From positions 3,069 to 67,068 of the forward strand of contig JAMLJG010000010.1 of the NCBI GenBank assembly GCA_023953695.1: DNA of 64,000 nt, written 5' to 3'. A program made the translations under genes and the position numbers. Numbering within the stretch: position 1 is the first letter of the stretch; the number at the start of each line of letters is the position of its first letter. Positions 27,604-37,731 of this stretch are shown here, one piece after another. This DNA comes from Kiritimatiellia bacterium. Lineage in GTDB: Bacteria; Verrucomicrobiota; Kiritimatiellia; CAIVKH01. Below the pieces are notes generated by a model that had not been told where the DNA came from, searched no databases, and saw only the letters and a list, made by a program, of their open reading frames with translations.

Positions 27604-27813
27604 ATGTCCAAGAACAAGTTGTCTCCTCTCTCTGCGGCTGCGCGCTTATGGTTTTCTGTGACGCCGCGCGAGCGACGCCTGCTTTTCGGAATCGCTGCGC
27701 TGCTGCTGCTCGGCATCACACTTCGCCACTTTTACCAGCGCGCCCAGACACCGGTATCGGCAGAGGCGCCGGCGGGCGAGACGCTGCCTTATGGAAAGGA
27801 ACCGACTCAATGA
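27604..27813 (+). CDS. small single-pass membrane protein (hypothetical)
   Basis: 69 aa with TM LLFGIAALLLLGITL. Its stop overlaps the HIT gene start (ATGA), suggesting translational coupling. Confidence 0.4.
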   Translation: MSKNKLSPLSAAARLWFSVTPRERRLLFGIAALLLLGITLRHFYQRAQTPVSAEAPAGETLPYGKEPTQ

Positions 27814-28223
27814 ATGACTGCATCTTTTGCAAAATTGTGCGCGGCGAATTGCCAAGCGCCAAGGTTTATGAGGATGACGATGTCCTGGCGTTTCTCGACA
27901 TCGGGCCGATTGTGAAGGGCCACACGCTGGTCATCCCCAAAGCGCATTATGATCCTTTGCCCGCCGTGCCCGCGGCACAACTGGCAAAGGTTATGGCGGT
28001 CGTTCAGCGCATCGCGCAGGCCCAGCTCAATGGCCTCTCCGCGGATGGCGTGAATATCCACCAATCCAATGGCGCCGTGGCCGGGCAAATCGTCCCGCAT
28101 GTGCATTTTCACGTGATTCCGCGTTTCGCCAACGATGGACATTCCTGGAATTGGCGGGCAGGCGGCTATTCGCAACCCGAGGAAATGAAGGCGCTTGCAG
28201 AAAAGCTCCGCGCCGCGCTCTGA
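27810..28223 (+). CDS. HIT family (histidine triad) nucleotide hydrolase
   Basis: N-terminal CIFCKI and the histidine triad HVHFHVIP. 137 aa from MNDCIF. Confidence 0.9.
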   Translation: MNDCIFCKIVRGELPSAKVYEDDDVLAFLDIGPIVKGHTLVIPKAHYDPLPAVPAAQLAKVMAVVQRIAQAQLNGLSADGVNIHQSNGAVAGQIVPHVHFHVIPRFANDGHSWNWRAGGYSQPEEMKALAEKLRAAL

Positions 28224-28288
28224 AATCCGAGCGGCTGCCACGCAGTCGCTTTTCTTTTCCGCCTCCTGTGCTACACTAACCAACCGAT

Positions 28289-28711
28289 ATGAAAAAGGTC
28301 AGCTTCCAGGAGGCTCTCCCTCAACTACTCGAACGGGACCCCCGCTATGCGGAGGACGCCTATCATTTTCTGCGCGAGGCTCTCGATTTCACTGTCAAGT
28401 TGCTTGAAAAACCGGTGCAAGGTCCCGGCCGCCACGTCAGTGGACAGGAACTGCTGGAGGGAATCCGCCAATATGCGCTGAAGGAATACGGCCAACTGGC
28501 AATGCGAGCGCTCAACACGTGGGGCATTCACCGGACGGCTGATTTCGGAGAAATTGTTTTCAACATGGTCGAGTGCGGACTCCTCGGCAAGACGGACCAA
28601 GACCGGGTGGAGGACTTCGCGGGGGGCTACGATTTCGAAACGGCTTTCGTTAAACCCTTCCTCTCCCGTCGCTCTCAAAACAGCTCCGCGCCTTCGTCGA
28701 AACGGACCTAA
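28289..28711 (+). CDS. conserved hypothetical, Minf_1886-type (Planctomycete/Verrucomicrobia-restricted) protein
   Basis: Pattern DPRYAEDAYHFLREALDFT...HVSGQELLEGIRQYALKEYG...WGIHRTADFGEIVFNMVE matches my recollection of that family. Confidence 0.5.
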   Translation: MKKVSFQEALPQLLERDPRYAEDAYHFLREALDFTVKLLEKPVQGPGRHVSGQELLEGIRQYALKEYGQLAMRALNTWGIHRTADFGEIVFNMVECGLLGKTDQDRVEDFAGGYDFETAFVKPFLSRRSQNSSAPSSKRT

Positions 28712-28728
28712 CGCCATCAGGTGGACTC

Positions 28729-31371
28729 ATGCTCGCACGCTTCAGAACCACGGCCCTCCTCACCGGGATGGCGCTCGCCACACCATTTTTTATGAATACC
28801 TCCTCTGCCGCCATGCTCGATGTTCTGCACGAATCGAATCAAAGCCTGCGCCGTATCGTGCTGGACAATGGAATGGTCTGCCTGATCAAACCGGACAACA
28901 GCGCCCCCGTCGTCGCCGTGCAAATCTGGGTCGGCTCGGGCTCCATCAACGAGGGCCAATGGCTCGGCGCTGGCCTCTCGCACTACATGGAGCACATGAT
29001 CTTCAAGGGCACCCCCACGCGAGGCCCATCCGAAATCACCAAGGCTATTGACGACGCGGGCGGCGAGATCAATGCCTATACCGCACAGGATCGCACCGTT
29101 TTCCACACCGATCTCCCCTCCAGCAACTGGAAGGTCGGCGTGGATGTCCTGGCCGATGCCGTAATGCACGCCACGCTGCCCGAAGACGAGTGGGAGCGCG
29201 AGAAAGAGGTCATTCTGCGCGAGTTCGCCATGGGCGAGGACAGCCCCGAGCGCAAAATTAGCAAGCTGTTGTGGAGCACGGCCTACCGCGTGCACCCCTA
29301 CCGCTTCCCCGTCATCGGCTACGAACAGGTTTTCCGCACCATGACGCGCGACCAACTCGAGGCCTATTTCCATCAACACTACGTGCCGGACAACATGATC
29401 ACGGTTGTCGTGGGCGATGTGAATCCGGACGAAGTGGAAGCCCATCTGCGAGAGGTCTTCAGCGGATTAGAACGCCGCGCGCATTCCGTCGAGCCGCTTC
29501 CGATCGAGCCGCCGCAAGTCGCGCCACGCGAAGCGCGCCAAGTGGCGCCCGTCGAGGCGAGCCGACTCATTCTCGCTTGGCACACGGTCTCACTCGATCA
29601 CCCGGATGCGCCCGCACTCGATCTGCTCGCCACCCTCTCGGGACAAGGCCGCAGCTCGCGCCTCGAGGCGCGCCTGAAGGAGCGCGATCGCCTCGTCCAA
29701 ACAATTGATTCTTGGTCGTTCACCCCGCGCGATGCCGGGCTATTCGCCATCTCCGCCTCGTTCGATCCCGAGAACGAAACCGCGGTTCGCAAGGCCCTCG
29801 ATGAAGAGCTCGCGTCCTGGCGCGAAGGAGGCTTCACCAAAGAAGAGATCGAAAAGGCGCGCCGCAACTTGCTCGTCTCCGAGCTCGACGAATTGCAAAC
29901 CATGCACGGCCAAGCGGCCAACTACGCATCCGGCGAATACTACGCCGGAAACCCGCGCTTCTCCGAAATCTACCTCGCGGGCCTCGCGCGCGTAACGCCG
30001 GATCAAATCCGCGATGTCGTGCGCCGATATCTCACGCCCGAGCGCCGCACAACCGTCGCGCTCGTTCCGCCGGAAACCAACACCCTCTCCACCGCGGCCC
30101 CCGCCGTCACGAATGCGCCCGCGCTATCGCGTTTCACCCTCAGCAACGGAATCCCCGTCATTGTTCGCGAAGATCACCGCCTCCCCTTTGTGTACGCCAC
30201 GGCGGCGCTCGGCGGCGGCCTCCTCGCAGAATCTGCGGAGAACAACGGAATCACCGCTCTGCTCGCTAACATGCTCACGCGCGGAACATCGCGACACACA
30301 GCGGAAGAAATCGCCGAGCAAGTGGAAGAGCGCGGCGCGAGCCTCGACTCCTTTTCGGGACGCAACAGCTTTGGCCTCACGGCTCAAATGTTGACCGAAG
30401 ACCTCGACCCCATCCTCTCCCTATTCGCGGAATGCCTGCTCGATCCCACCTTCCCGCAGGAAGAGCTGGCCAAACAAAAGACGCTGCAAATCGCGGGTAT
30501 TCGCCGCCAGCGCGAGCAGCCGATGTATATCGCGCAAAAAGCGCTGCGCGAATTGATGTTCCCCGGCCACCCCTACCGATTCGATGGCGCGGGCACAACC
30601 GAATCCGTCGCCGAGCAAACGCCCGACACGGTCCGCGCCTATTATCAGCGCCTCACCGTCCGCTCCAACCTCGTCATTTCGCTCTTTGGCGATATCACGC
30701 GCGAGCAGGCGCAAACACTCGCGGAAAAGTATTTTGCCTCCGTCCCGAACGGAAACAAACCCACCCTCAGCCAACCCGCCGCCACCCCCACGCTCCCCGC
30801 GCGCTCCGACCTCATTGAGCCCAAAGAGCAGGCCATCGTCCTCCTCGGCTACCCCGGAATCTCCATCTCCGATCCCCGCGTGGACGCCCTCAACATTTTG
30901 CAGAAAGCGCTCAGTGGACTCTCCTCTACCCTCGGCATCGAGATTCGCGAAAAGCGCGGCCTCGTGTACTACGTCGGCGCGTTCAGCCTCATCGCGCTCG
31001 ACCCCGGCTTCTTTGCGCTCTACGCGGGCACACAAGAACAATCCATTTCGGAAGTCGAACGGCTAATGACTGAAGAACTCGCGCGCATCCGCAAAGAGGG
31101 CATCGCTCAAGAAGAGTTCGATCGCGCACGCGCACAACTCATGGCCGCCGCCAGCATGGACCTGCAGAACAATGCCGGCCTCGCCACTGCCTGCGCATTA
31201 AATGAACTCTACGGACTCGGCTATCGCTATCCCTTCGAACTCGAACAGCGCTTGCAAACCGTGACACCCGAAGACGTGCGCGCGGTCGCAGCCGACTTGC
31301 TCGTGGACAACAAAGCCGTCCTGTCCATCGTGCATCCCGCTTCAGCTCAAAAGGAGACACCCCATGACTAA
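28729..31371 (+). CDS. M16 (pitrilysin/insulinase) family zinc peptidase, fused two-module form
   Basis: Inverted zinc motif HYMEH followed by FKGT in the first module. The second homologous module lacks the motif. 880 aa with an N-terminal signal-like segment. Confidence 0.9.
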   Translation: MLARFRTTALLTGMALATPFFMNTSSAAMLDVLHESNQSLRRIVLDNGMVCLIKPDNSAPVVAVQIWVGSGSINEGQWLGAGLSHYMEHMIFKGTPTRGPSEITKAIDDAGGEINAYTAQDRTVFHTDLPSSNWKVGVDVLADAVMHATLPEDEWEREKEVILREFAMGEDSPERKISKLLWSTAYRVHPYRFPVIGYEQVFRTMTRDQLEAYFHQHYVPDNMITVVVGDVNPDEVEAHLREVFSGLERRAHSVEPLPIEPPQVAPREARQVAPVEASRLILAWHTVSLDHPDAPALDLLATLSGQGRSSRLEARLKERDRLVQTIDSWSFTPRDAGLFAISASFDPENETAVRKALDEELASWREGGFTKEEIEKARRNLLVSELDELQTMHGQAANYASGEYYAGNPRFSEIYLAGLARVTPDQIRDVVRRYLTPERRTTVALVPPETNTLSTAAPAVTNAPALSRFTLSNGIPVIVREDHRLPFVYATAALGGGLLAESAENNGITALLANMLTRGTSRHTAEEIAEQVEERGASLDSFSGRNSFGLTAQMLTEDLDPILSLFAECLLDPTFPQEELAKQKTLQIAGIRRQREQPMYIAQKALRELMFPGHPYRFDGAGTTESVAEQTPDTVRAYYQRLTVRSNLVISLFGDITREQAQTLAEKYFASVPNGNKPTLSQPAATPTLPARSDLIEPKEQAIVLLGYPGISISDPRVDALNILQKALSGLSSTLGIEIREKRGLVYYVGAFSLIALDPGFFALYAGTQEQSISEVERLMTEELARIRKEGIAQEEFDRARAQLMAAASMDLQNNAGLATACALNELYGLGYRYPFELEQRLQTVTPEDVRAVAADLLVDNKAVLSIVHPASAQKETPHD

Positions 31372-31771
31372 CCCCAACCTCGACGAGCAAAACAAGCAGC
31401 TCTTCGCCCACCTGCTCGTCTCCCTCGCGCAATCCGCCCTCCTGGGCCTCGGCAAAATCGTCCACCCCGCAACACAGAAAACAGAGGTGGACCTCGACGC
31501 CGCCCAGCAGGCGATTGATCTCATTGACATGCTCGCGGCAAAAACCAAGGGCAACCTCGATGGCGACGAAGAGCGCATGCTCAGCAACACCCTCAGCATG
31601 CTCAAACTCAACTACGTTGAGACCCGCAACGCAAAGCCCAGCGCCGCACCGCAGGCCCCTGCGGCCGACGCGCCAGCCGCCGCCGACCCCAACCCCATCA
31701 TCGCGCCCAGCAGCGACGACAAGACCTCACCCGACGACGACAAAGTGCGTTTCCGAAAAAGCTACGGCTGA
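31364..31771 (+). CDS. DUF1844 domain protein
   Basis: LFAHLLVSLAQSALLGLGKI...DLDAAQQAIDLIDMLAAKTKGNL pattern. AAGGAG lies 7 nt upstream. 8-nt overlap with the M16 gene. Confidence 0.6.
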   Translation: MTNPNLDEQNKQLFAHLLVSLAQSALLGLGKIVHPATQKTEVDLDAAQQAIDLIDMLAAKTKGNLDGDEERMLSNTLSMLKLNYVETRNAKPSAAPQAPAADAPAAADPNPIIAPSSDDKTSPDDDKVRFRKSYG

Positions 31772-31824
31772 GAGATCGGAGTCCCGCGCCGGAAAACGCT
31801 CCGGCCACCAAGCCGAAATCGCGA

Positions 31825-32850
31825 CTACGGACTCTCCCGGTGGAGGTCCACCCAGACCGGGAAATGGTCTGAAATGTGGCCATCCTCTCCAGGAAGCGCA
31901 TTCACGTTCTTCGTGTTCACCCCGCGCTGAAGAACCCCCGGAGCGCCGACCACCCAGGGCGTGACCGTGGCGTCGCCGCCGGCATAAATCCGATCAAAAC
32001 TCGCCGGCGGAAACTCCTTGGCCGAATCGCCATAGCGCGTTGGAATCGTGGTCCGCTCGTGCAGCGGCTTGCCACGCCACAAATCAGCCCACGATCGTAT
32101 CGGATCCATGGACCAATCGCCCGCGAACTCCGGCGCTTCCGGATCCACATTGGTGTCGCCCAGCAACAGCAACTCCACCTTGCCAGCCGACTTCTTCTGC
32201 AGGGCGCGCGCGTCTTTCGCCATGATCTGCATCGCATTATTGCGCTGGCTGATGTTGCGCGGCCGATAGCCATAATTCGATTTCAAGTGCGCGCCATACA
32301 CCACCAACTCGTGGCCGTCGCCCAAATCAAAACCCGCTCGCAGGATTCCTCGCGTCGGGCGACCCGACCCCGCCAGGTGACCGAAGTCGAGCTCCATCAA
32401 CTCCGTCGCCGGAAAGCGCGAGAGCACCGCTTCGTTCATTTTTTGATTCTTCCAATCCTCCGCCCCATACGCACTGATCCACCCGAAGGGATAGGGCTTT
32501 GCTAATGCTCGATTCAGGATTTTGATCGCAGCGACATTCTCCACTTCCGAGAGAATCAAGACGTCGGCATCCATCTCATCAATCAACTCTGCCGCACCGC
32601 GCGCCTGTGCTTGGATCCGCTCTTCCGTGCGATCCGGGCCGTCCCCTTCGCCGTCCGTAAAGTTCTCGATGTTGTAAAACGCCACGCGCACGCGGTCTCC
32701 CACCGGCAAGGCTTTGCTCGGATAGCTCCACGCCTCCTTCGGGGGATCGAGAAGCACCTCGCCTGTGTAGGTCAAATTGCTCTGCGCTTGTGCGAAAGGC
32801 ACGCCAACGGCGAGCGCAGCCCAGACAGTCAGCCAACGAATCGTTTTCAC
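31825..32850 (-). CDS. secreted endonuclease/exonuclease/phosphatase (EEP) family protein
   Basis: Signal peptide. EEP blocks VAFYNIENF, DVLILSEVE, LLGDTN and the C-terminal SDHFPVWV. Confidence 0.8.
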   Translation of the reverse strand: MKTIRWLTVWAALAVGVPFAQAQSNLTYTGEVLLDPPKEAWSYPSKALPVGDRVRVAFYNIENFTDGEGDGPDRTEERIQAQARGAAELIDEMDADVLILSEVENVAAIKILNRALAKPYPFGWISAYGAEDWKNQKMNEAVLSRFPATELMELDFGHLAGSGRPTRGILRAGFDLGDGHELVVYGAHLKSNYGYRPRNISQRNNAMQIMAKDARALQKKSAGKVELLLLGDTNVDPEAPEFAGDWSMDPIRSWADLWRGKPLHERTTIPTRYGDSAKEFPPASFDRIYAGGDATVTPWVVGAPGVLQRGVNTKNVNALPGEDGHISDHFPVWVDLHRESP

Positions 32851-32913
32851 AAGGGAAAGTATGGGCGGCGTGCGCGCAAAGCTGCAAGCAGGAAATCGCG
32901 AGGCCGCCAGCCG

Positions 32914-33852
32914 TCAGACGCGGAACGCATCCGGCCCCGGCGCCGAAGGAATCAAGACAACCAACGCCCGCTCGCGCACTTCGACCTCAACAACGGATGG
33001 GCTTTCCTGCAATTCGCCATCCACCTGAATCACCGCCGCCTTCTCGCGCTGCACGCGCAAACGTCTAAAACGTCGAGTGAGCACGCCGGGCAGCGCGTCA
33101 ATCGTGCCGTCAAAGAGGCGCGCAACATTGGTGAGCACGCGCCCCGCCTCCTGCCTCTCAATCACCACCATGTCCAGCAGGCCATCGTCGTGCTCCGCCT
33201 TTGGCGCAATGCGCGCGCCGCCGCCGAACTGCGTCAGATTCGCCACTGTGAAAACGAGCGGCCCGTCAAACACAATCGGCTCGCCCTCATCCAACTGAAC
33301 CTCGAAGCGGTGCGGGTGATAATCAAACAACTGGTGCGCCGCAGCGAAAACGTATGGAACAATTCCGCGAAACGGAAACGCCTCGAACGTCTTCACGAGC
33401 GATGCGTCAGCCGCCATGCTGCACGTCACAAAAAACGGACGCCCATTCGCGAGCCCCACGTCAATCGTCGTCGCGCGGCCATTCACTAACGCGCGAATCG
33501 CATCGTCAATAGCCAGCGGAATGCCGAAGTGTCGCGCAAACCCGTTTCCACTCCCCGTGGGAATCACCCCCAACTCAACACCCGTCCCCAACAGCTCCGA
33601 ACCCACCGTGTTGACAATGCCGTCCCCGCCCATTGCCAAAACCGTATCAACCCCCTCGTCCAGCGCGCGCCGCACCTTCTCGCGCCCATCCGCCTCGCTG
33701 TTGCTGAACTGAAGCATCACGTCGCAACCCGGCACATCCCAATGCTGCCGGACGGAGTGAATGACCTCGTTTAGGGCATGGCTCCGCCCGCTGTGCGGAT
33801 TCATCAAAACCCGAACACGCCGCAACCCCGACTTATATCGCTTCCCGCTCAT
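32914..33852 (-). CDS. diacylglycerol kinase-family lipid kinase (YegS/BmrU type)
   Basis: VLMNPHSG, AMGGDGIVN and IPTGSGNGFAR motifs. The ATG at 33852 is preferred; the alternative is 33888. Confidence 0.85.
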   Translation of the reverse strand: MSGKRYKSGLRRVRVLMNPHSGRSHALNEVIHSVRQHWDVPGCDVMLQFSNSEADGREKVRRALDEGVDTVLAMGGDGIVNTVGSELLGTGVELGVIPTGSGNGFARHFGIPLAIDDAIRALVNGRATTIDVGLANGRPFFVTCSMAADASLVKTFEAFPFRGIVPYVFAAAHQLFDYHPHRFEVQLDEGEPIVFDGPLVFTVANLTQFGGGARIAPKAEHDDGLLDMVVIERQEAGRVLTNVARLFDGTIDALPGVLTRRFRRLRVQREKAAVIQVDGELQESPSVVEVEVRERALVVLIPSAPGPDAFRV

Positions 33853-34038
33853 CGCCACCCGAAAGCCTACCAACCCAACACTCTCCACGCGAGTGCGATC
33901 TACCCAAGCCCCAAAAGAGTCATCATGTCACACCAGACCCAACACGCAAGCCGATGGCGTCAAAATGTCGCACCATCACCAAGATGGAAACATTTGCATC
34001 ATGTTGTTGTTTAGGCTGTTGCGAGTATCTGATCAAGT

Positions 34039-34054
34039 TGGCATGCGCTTTGCT
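34039..34054 (+). promoter_or_regulatory. sigma-54 (RpoN) -24/-12 promoter TGGCATGCGCTTTGCT upstream of the hsp20 pair
   Basis: Near-consensus to TGGCAC-N5-TTGCW with exact GG-N10-GC spacing. It ends 33 nt before the ATG at 34088, and AAAGGAGA precedes the start. Confidence 0.6.
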
Positions 34055-34087
34055 CTAATTGTGGCAAAAGTGAAAGGAGATCAGGTT

Positions 34088-34525
34088 ATGGTGTACCCAG
34101 TTGCGAGATTGGATTGGACGTTGGACCCGTTCAGCGGGATTCAACAGCTTCAGCGCGAAGTGGATCGCCTCTTCTCCGGTTATACCCCGGCGGTTGAGCA
34201 GTTCCCGGCGTTGAATCTTTGGGTGGCGCAGGATGATGCGGTTTTGGCCGCAGAAATCCCGGGCGTGGATCCGAAGGATGTTGAGGTCTCGGTGGTCGGG
34301 AACGTGGTGACGATTGCGGGCGAACGCAAAGCCGATTCGTCGGCGCCTGCGGATGGCCAGCAACGCTGCGAGCGCGAGCGGGGCTCGTTCTCGCGTTCCG
34401 CGCGACTCCCCTACGAAGTGGAAGCGGAGAAGGTTCAAGCGCGCTATGAACACGGCGTGCTGCGCATCACGCTGCCGCGAAAGGAGAGCACGAAGCCGCG
34501 AAGAATCGCCATTACAGAAGAATGA
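34088..34525 (+). CDS. Hsp20/alpha-crystallin family small heat-shock protein
   Basis: Alpha-crystallin domain with AEIPGVDPKDVEVSVVGNVVTIAGERK...GVLRITLPRKE. The track N-terminal extension back to 33761 is rejected. Confidence 0.85.
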   Translation: MVYPVARLDWTLDPFSGIQQLQREVDRLFSGYTPAVEQFPALNLWVAQDDAVLAAEIPGVDPKDVEVSVVGNVVTIAGERKADSSAPADGQQRCERERGSFSRSARLPYEVEAEKVQARYEHGVLRITLPRKESTKPRRIAITEE

Positions 34526-34536
34526 GGAGACACACG

Positions 34537-34923
34537 ATGACAACATTGACGGACATTCAGACGAAACGCAGCGAGCAGGAACAGAAACTTCCCGTCTTTG
34601 CTCCGGCAACGGATGTGTATGAGACGACAAAGGAAATCGTCCTGTTCGTAGATGTGCCGGGTGTGACGCCGGATCAAATTGACGTGTCGCTCGAAAATCG
34701 CACGCTGACCATCAGCGCGCGGCGAACGGCGCCGGATCAGGTCGAACACAAAGCGGTGCATCGCGAGTTCGGATCGGTTGAGTATCGCCGTACGTTCACG
34801 CTGACCAAAGATGTGGACCGCAATGGAATTGTGGCGCGCATCAAAAACGGCGTGTTGCGCCTGTCGCTGCCCAAAGCGGCGGAAACACAGCCGCGCCGAA
34901 TCGAAGTGCAATCCGAAGCCTAG
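34537..34923 (+). CDS. Hsp20/alpha-crystallin family small heat-shock protein (second copy)
   Basis: VDVPGVTPDQIDVSLENRTLTISARR...GVLRLSLPKA. AGGAGA lies 6 nt upstream of the ATG at 34537 (alternative ATG at 34522 overlaps the upstream stop). Confidence 0.85.
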   Translation: MTTLTDIQTKRSEQEQKLPVFAPATDVYETTKEIVLFVDVPGVTPDQIDVSLENRTLTISARRTAPDQVEHKAVHREFGSVEYRRTFTLTKDVDRNGIVARIKNGVLRLSLPKAAETQPRRIEVQSEA

Positions 34924-34951
34924 GCCCACAAGGGTTGAGGCGAGGAGTCGA

Positions 34952-34992
34952 ACGCCTTGCGCGCAGCGATGCGCGCAGGGCGTCGTTTTATT
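34952..34992 (+). terminator. strong intrinsic terminator after the hsp20 pair (between convergent hsp20 and alaS)
   Basis: 14-bp stem (one G-U pair) ACGCCTTGCGCGCA / TGCGCGCAGGGCGT with a GCGA tetraloop, followed by CG TTTTATT. Confidence 0.7.
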
Positions 34993-35025
34993 GCCGACGG
35001 ACAGAAGGAGCGGTGAAGAGGCCGT

Positions 35026-37731
35026 CTATGCGTCGAGCAATTTTGCTGCGGCCGCCAGCGCTTCGTCCAGCCTGGCAGCGTCTTTCCCGCCGCCGCGCGC
35101 AAACTCCGGCTTGCCGCCGCCTTTGCCGGCGACGATCGGCGCGATGGTCTGAATTATCTTTCCAGCCTGGAGTTGCTTCGCGAAGGCGGGCGGAACAATC
35201 GCCATCAACGTCACCGCGCCTTCCGACGCGCCGCCGATGACGATCACGCCTTCGAATCGCGCTTTCAGATGCTCGGCAATCGCACCCACGGTTTCCGCGT
35301 CGGCCTGGCCGACATTGAGAAGCAAGGTGGGCCGACCGCCGCGCGTTTCGGCCTGCGAGAGCAACGCAGAGGCGCGCTCGCCCGCCTGTTTGAGGTGGAG
35401 CGACTTGAGTTCCTTCTCCAGCGCCTTCTGGTGTGCGAGCAGGGCTTCGAGTCGCTTCTCCACTTCCGAGGGGGCGCAGTTCAGCGTCGTGGCGGCATGT
35501 TTGAGCCGATGCAAATCTTCAACAACCGTCTGCCAGCCCGCCAAGCCCGCGACAGCTTCCACGCGGCGAATCCCGGCGGCGATCGCGCCTTCGCCCACAA
35601 TGCGAAACAGTCCGATCTCTCCCGTCGCGCGGGTGTGCGTTCCACCGCAAAGCTCCATGGAATAGCCATTCAGCGCGCCGGCTTCTCCGCCAATCTGCAC
35701 CACGCGCACCACTTCGCCATACTTGTCGCCAAAGAACTGCGTGACATCTTTGCGTGTCTTGACATCGGCATACGGCACTTCGCGCCAGCTCACAACTTCG
35801 TTCTCCACAATGCGCTCGTTCACGAGCCGCTCGATATCCGTCAGTTGCGCGGGCGTCAACGCGGCGCTGCTGAAGTCAAACGTCAGCTTGTCCGGGCCGA
35901 CGTAGGACCCTTTCTGGTTGGCATCGCGGCTCACAACCTCGTGCAGGGCCCAGTGAAAAAGATGGGTGACGGTGTGATGCCGCTGAATCGCCGCGCGGCG
36001 CGCGGCGTCAACGGACAGCGCGACTTCATCGCCTTCGTGAGGGGCTTCATTGCCATCCACAAAATGGAGCCAGGCGGTGCCGACCTTTTGTGTATCCACC
36101 ACGCGCCACAGATGACCGCCTGACCGGAGCTGACCTGTGTCGCCAACCTGACCGCCCATTTCCGCATAGCACGAGCTGCGGTCGAGAATCACGGCGGCGC
36201 GCCCCTTCACATCGAGCACATCCGCCACGCGCGCGGTGGTTTCGAGCTGGTCGTATCCGACAAACTCAGTGGCCACATCGCTGGCGATTTGGGAGACCTC
36301 GATGACGGTCTTCTTCTGCGCGGCGCGCGCGCGGGCGCGCTGCTTTTCCATCTCCACTTCGAAACCCGCGTGATCCACGGTCAGACCCAACTCGCGCGCC
36401 ATCAACTCGGTCAAATCGAGAGGAAATCCGTAGGTGTCGTACAGCTTGAACGCAAAGGGCCCCTCCATCTGCTTCAATTGCGCGGCCCGGAGCCGCGCTG
36501 CTTCAATTTGGAAAAGCTCAATTCCGCGATCGAGGGTGCGATTGAAGGCCTCCTCCTCGATGCGCAGCGCTTCCTGAACGGCGGCTTTTCGCGCGCGAAT
36601 TTCGGGAAAGACGTCGCCCATCGTCTCGGCCAACACGTCCACGAGTTTGTAGAAAAAGGGTTCTCGGAAACCGAGCGATCGGCCATAGCGCACGGCGCGG
36701 CGGAGAATGCGGCGGAGCACGTAGTGCCGGTCGGTGTTGCCCGGCTGAATGCCGTCGGCAATGGCGAAGCTGAGCGTGCGGATGTGGTCGGCGATAACGC
36801 GAAAGGCGATGTCTATCCGCTCTTGCTCGGTCTCCCCGTTCGATCCAGGCGCGGGAAGCGTGGATGCATAGCGCTTTCTGCTCAATCGCTGCAGCGCATC
36901 GAAAATCGGGCGGAACACATCCGTCTCATAGTTCGACACCACGCGGCTGAAATCGGTAAACCCTCGGGTGCACTGCACAATTCCCGCCACGCGCTCAAAG
37001 CCCATCCCCGTATCCACGTGCTTGGCGGGCAGCGGAACAAACGAACCATCCGCATTGGCGTTGAATTGGATGAAAACCAAGTTCCAAATCTCGATGCAAT
37101 TGGGCGACCCTTTGTTCACCAACGCCCCGCGCGTGTCGCCCGCAGGCGTGAGGTCCACGTGCACCTCGGAACACGGCCCGCACGGCCCCGTCTCGCCCAT
37201 CATCCAGAAGTTGTCCTTCTTGTTGCCGTTGACGATGTGCACCTTCGGATCGAGCCCGGCTGCCGTGAAGAGGCGCGCCCAGTGATCGTAGGCCTCTTGA
37301 TCAAACTCCGCCGGATCGCCCTTCTCCTTCTCCGGGCAATACACCGTCGCATAGAGCCGCTCGGCGGGGAATCTCCACACCTGGGTGAGCAGCTCCCACG
37401 CCCACTCGATCGCTTCCTTCTTAAAGTAGTCGCCAAACGACCAATTTCCGAGCATCTCAAAGAACGTGTGGTGATAGGTATCCAACCCCACATCCTCAAG
37501 ATCGTTGTGCTTGCCTCCCGCCCGAATGCACTTCTGCGTGTCCGCCGCCCGCCCCGGTTCATACGGGCAGGGCTGCTGACCGAGGAATATCGGCACAAAC
37601 TGGTTCATGCCCGCGTTCGTGAACAGCAGGTTCGGCGAATCGGGCATCAAGCTCGACGAGGGAACGAGGGTGTGTTGCTTCGACTTGAAAAAGTCGAGAT
37701 ACGACTGGCGGAGTTGAGCGGAGGTCATCAT
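35026..37731 (-). CDS. alaS: alanine--tRNA ligase
   Basis: Class II AlaRS N-terminus LRQSYLDFFKSKQHTLVPSSSL...FTNAGMNQF, editing-domain HTVTHLFHWAL, and a C-terminal DHHA1-like region. Start trimmed to MMTSAQL. Confidence 0.95.
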   Translation of the reverse strand: MMTSAQLRQSYLDFFKSKQHTLVPSSSLMPDSPNLLFTNAGMNQFVPIFLGQQPCPYEPGRAADTQKCIRAGGKHNDLEDVGLDTYHHTFFEMLGNWSFGDYFKKEAIEWAWELLTQVWRFPAERLYATVYCPEKEKGDPAEFDQEAYDHWARLFTAAGLDPKVHIVNGNKKDNFWMMGETGPCGPCSEVHVDLTPAGDTRGALVNKGSPNCIEIWNLVFIQFNANADGSFVPLPAKHVDTGMGFERVAGIVQCTRGFTDFSRVVSNYETDVFRPIFDALQRLSRKRYASTLPAPGSNGETEQERIDIAFRVIADHIRTLSFAIADGIQPGNTDRHYVLRRILRRAVRYGRSLGFREPFFYKLVDVLAETMGDVFPEIRARKAAVQEALRIEEEAFNRTLDRGIELFQIEAARLRAAQLKQMEGPFAFKLYDTYGFPLDLTELMARELGLTVDHAGFEVEMEKQRARARAAQKKTVIEVSQIASDVATEFVGYDQLETTARVADVLDVKGRAAVILDRSSCYAEMGGQVGDTGQLRSGGHLWRVVDTQKVGTAWLHFVDGNEAPHEGDEVALSVDAARRAAIQRHHTVTHLFHWALHEVVSRDANQKGSYVGPDKLTFDFSSAALTPAQLTDIERLVNERIVENEVVSWREVPYADVKTRKDVTQFFGDKYGEVVRVVQIGGEAGALNGYSMELCGGTHTRATGEIGLFRIVGEGAIAAGIRRVEAVAGLAGWQTVVEDLHRLKHAATTLNCAPSEVEKRLEALLAHQKALEKELKSLHLKQAGERASALLSQAETRGGRPTLLLNVGQADAETVGAIAEHLKARFEGVIVIGGASEGAVTLMAIVPPAFAKQLQAGKIIQTIAPIVAGKGGGKPEFARGGGKDAARLDEALAAAAKLLDA

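Noticed and set aside
33761-34087. N-terminal 109-aa extension of the first hsp20 ORF
   Set aside because: It overlaps the divergent lipid-kinase start and the sigma-54 promoter/RBS region. The alpha-crystallin protein is full-length from the ATG at 34088.
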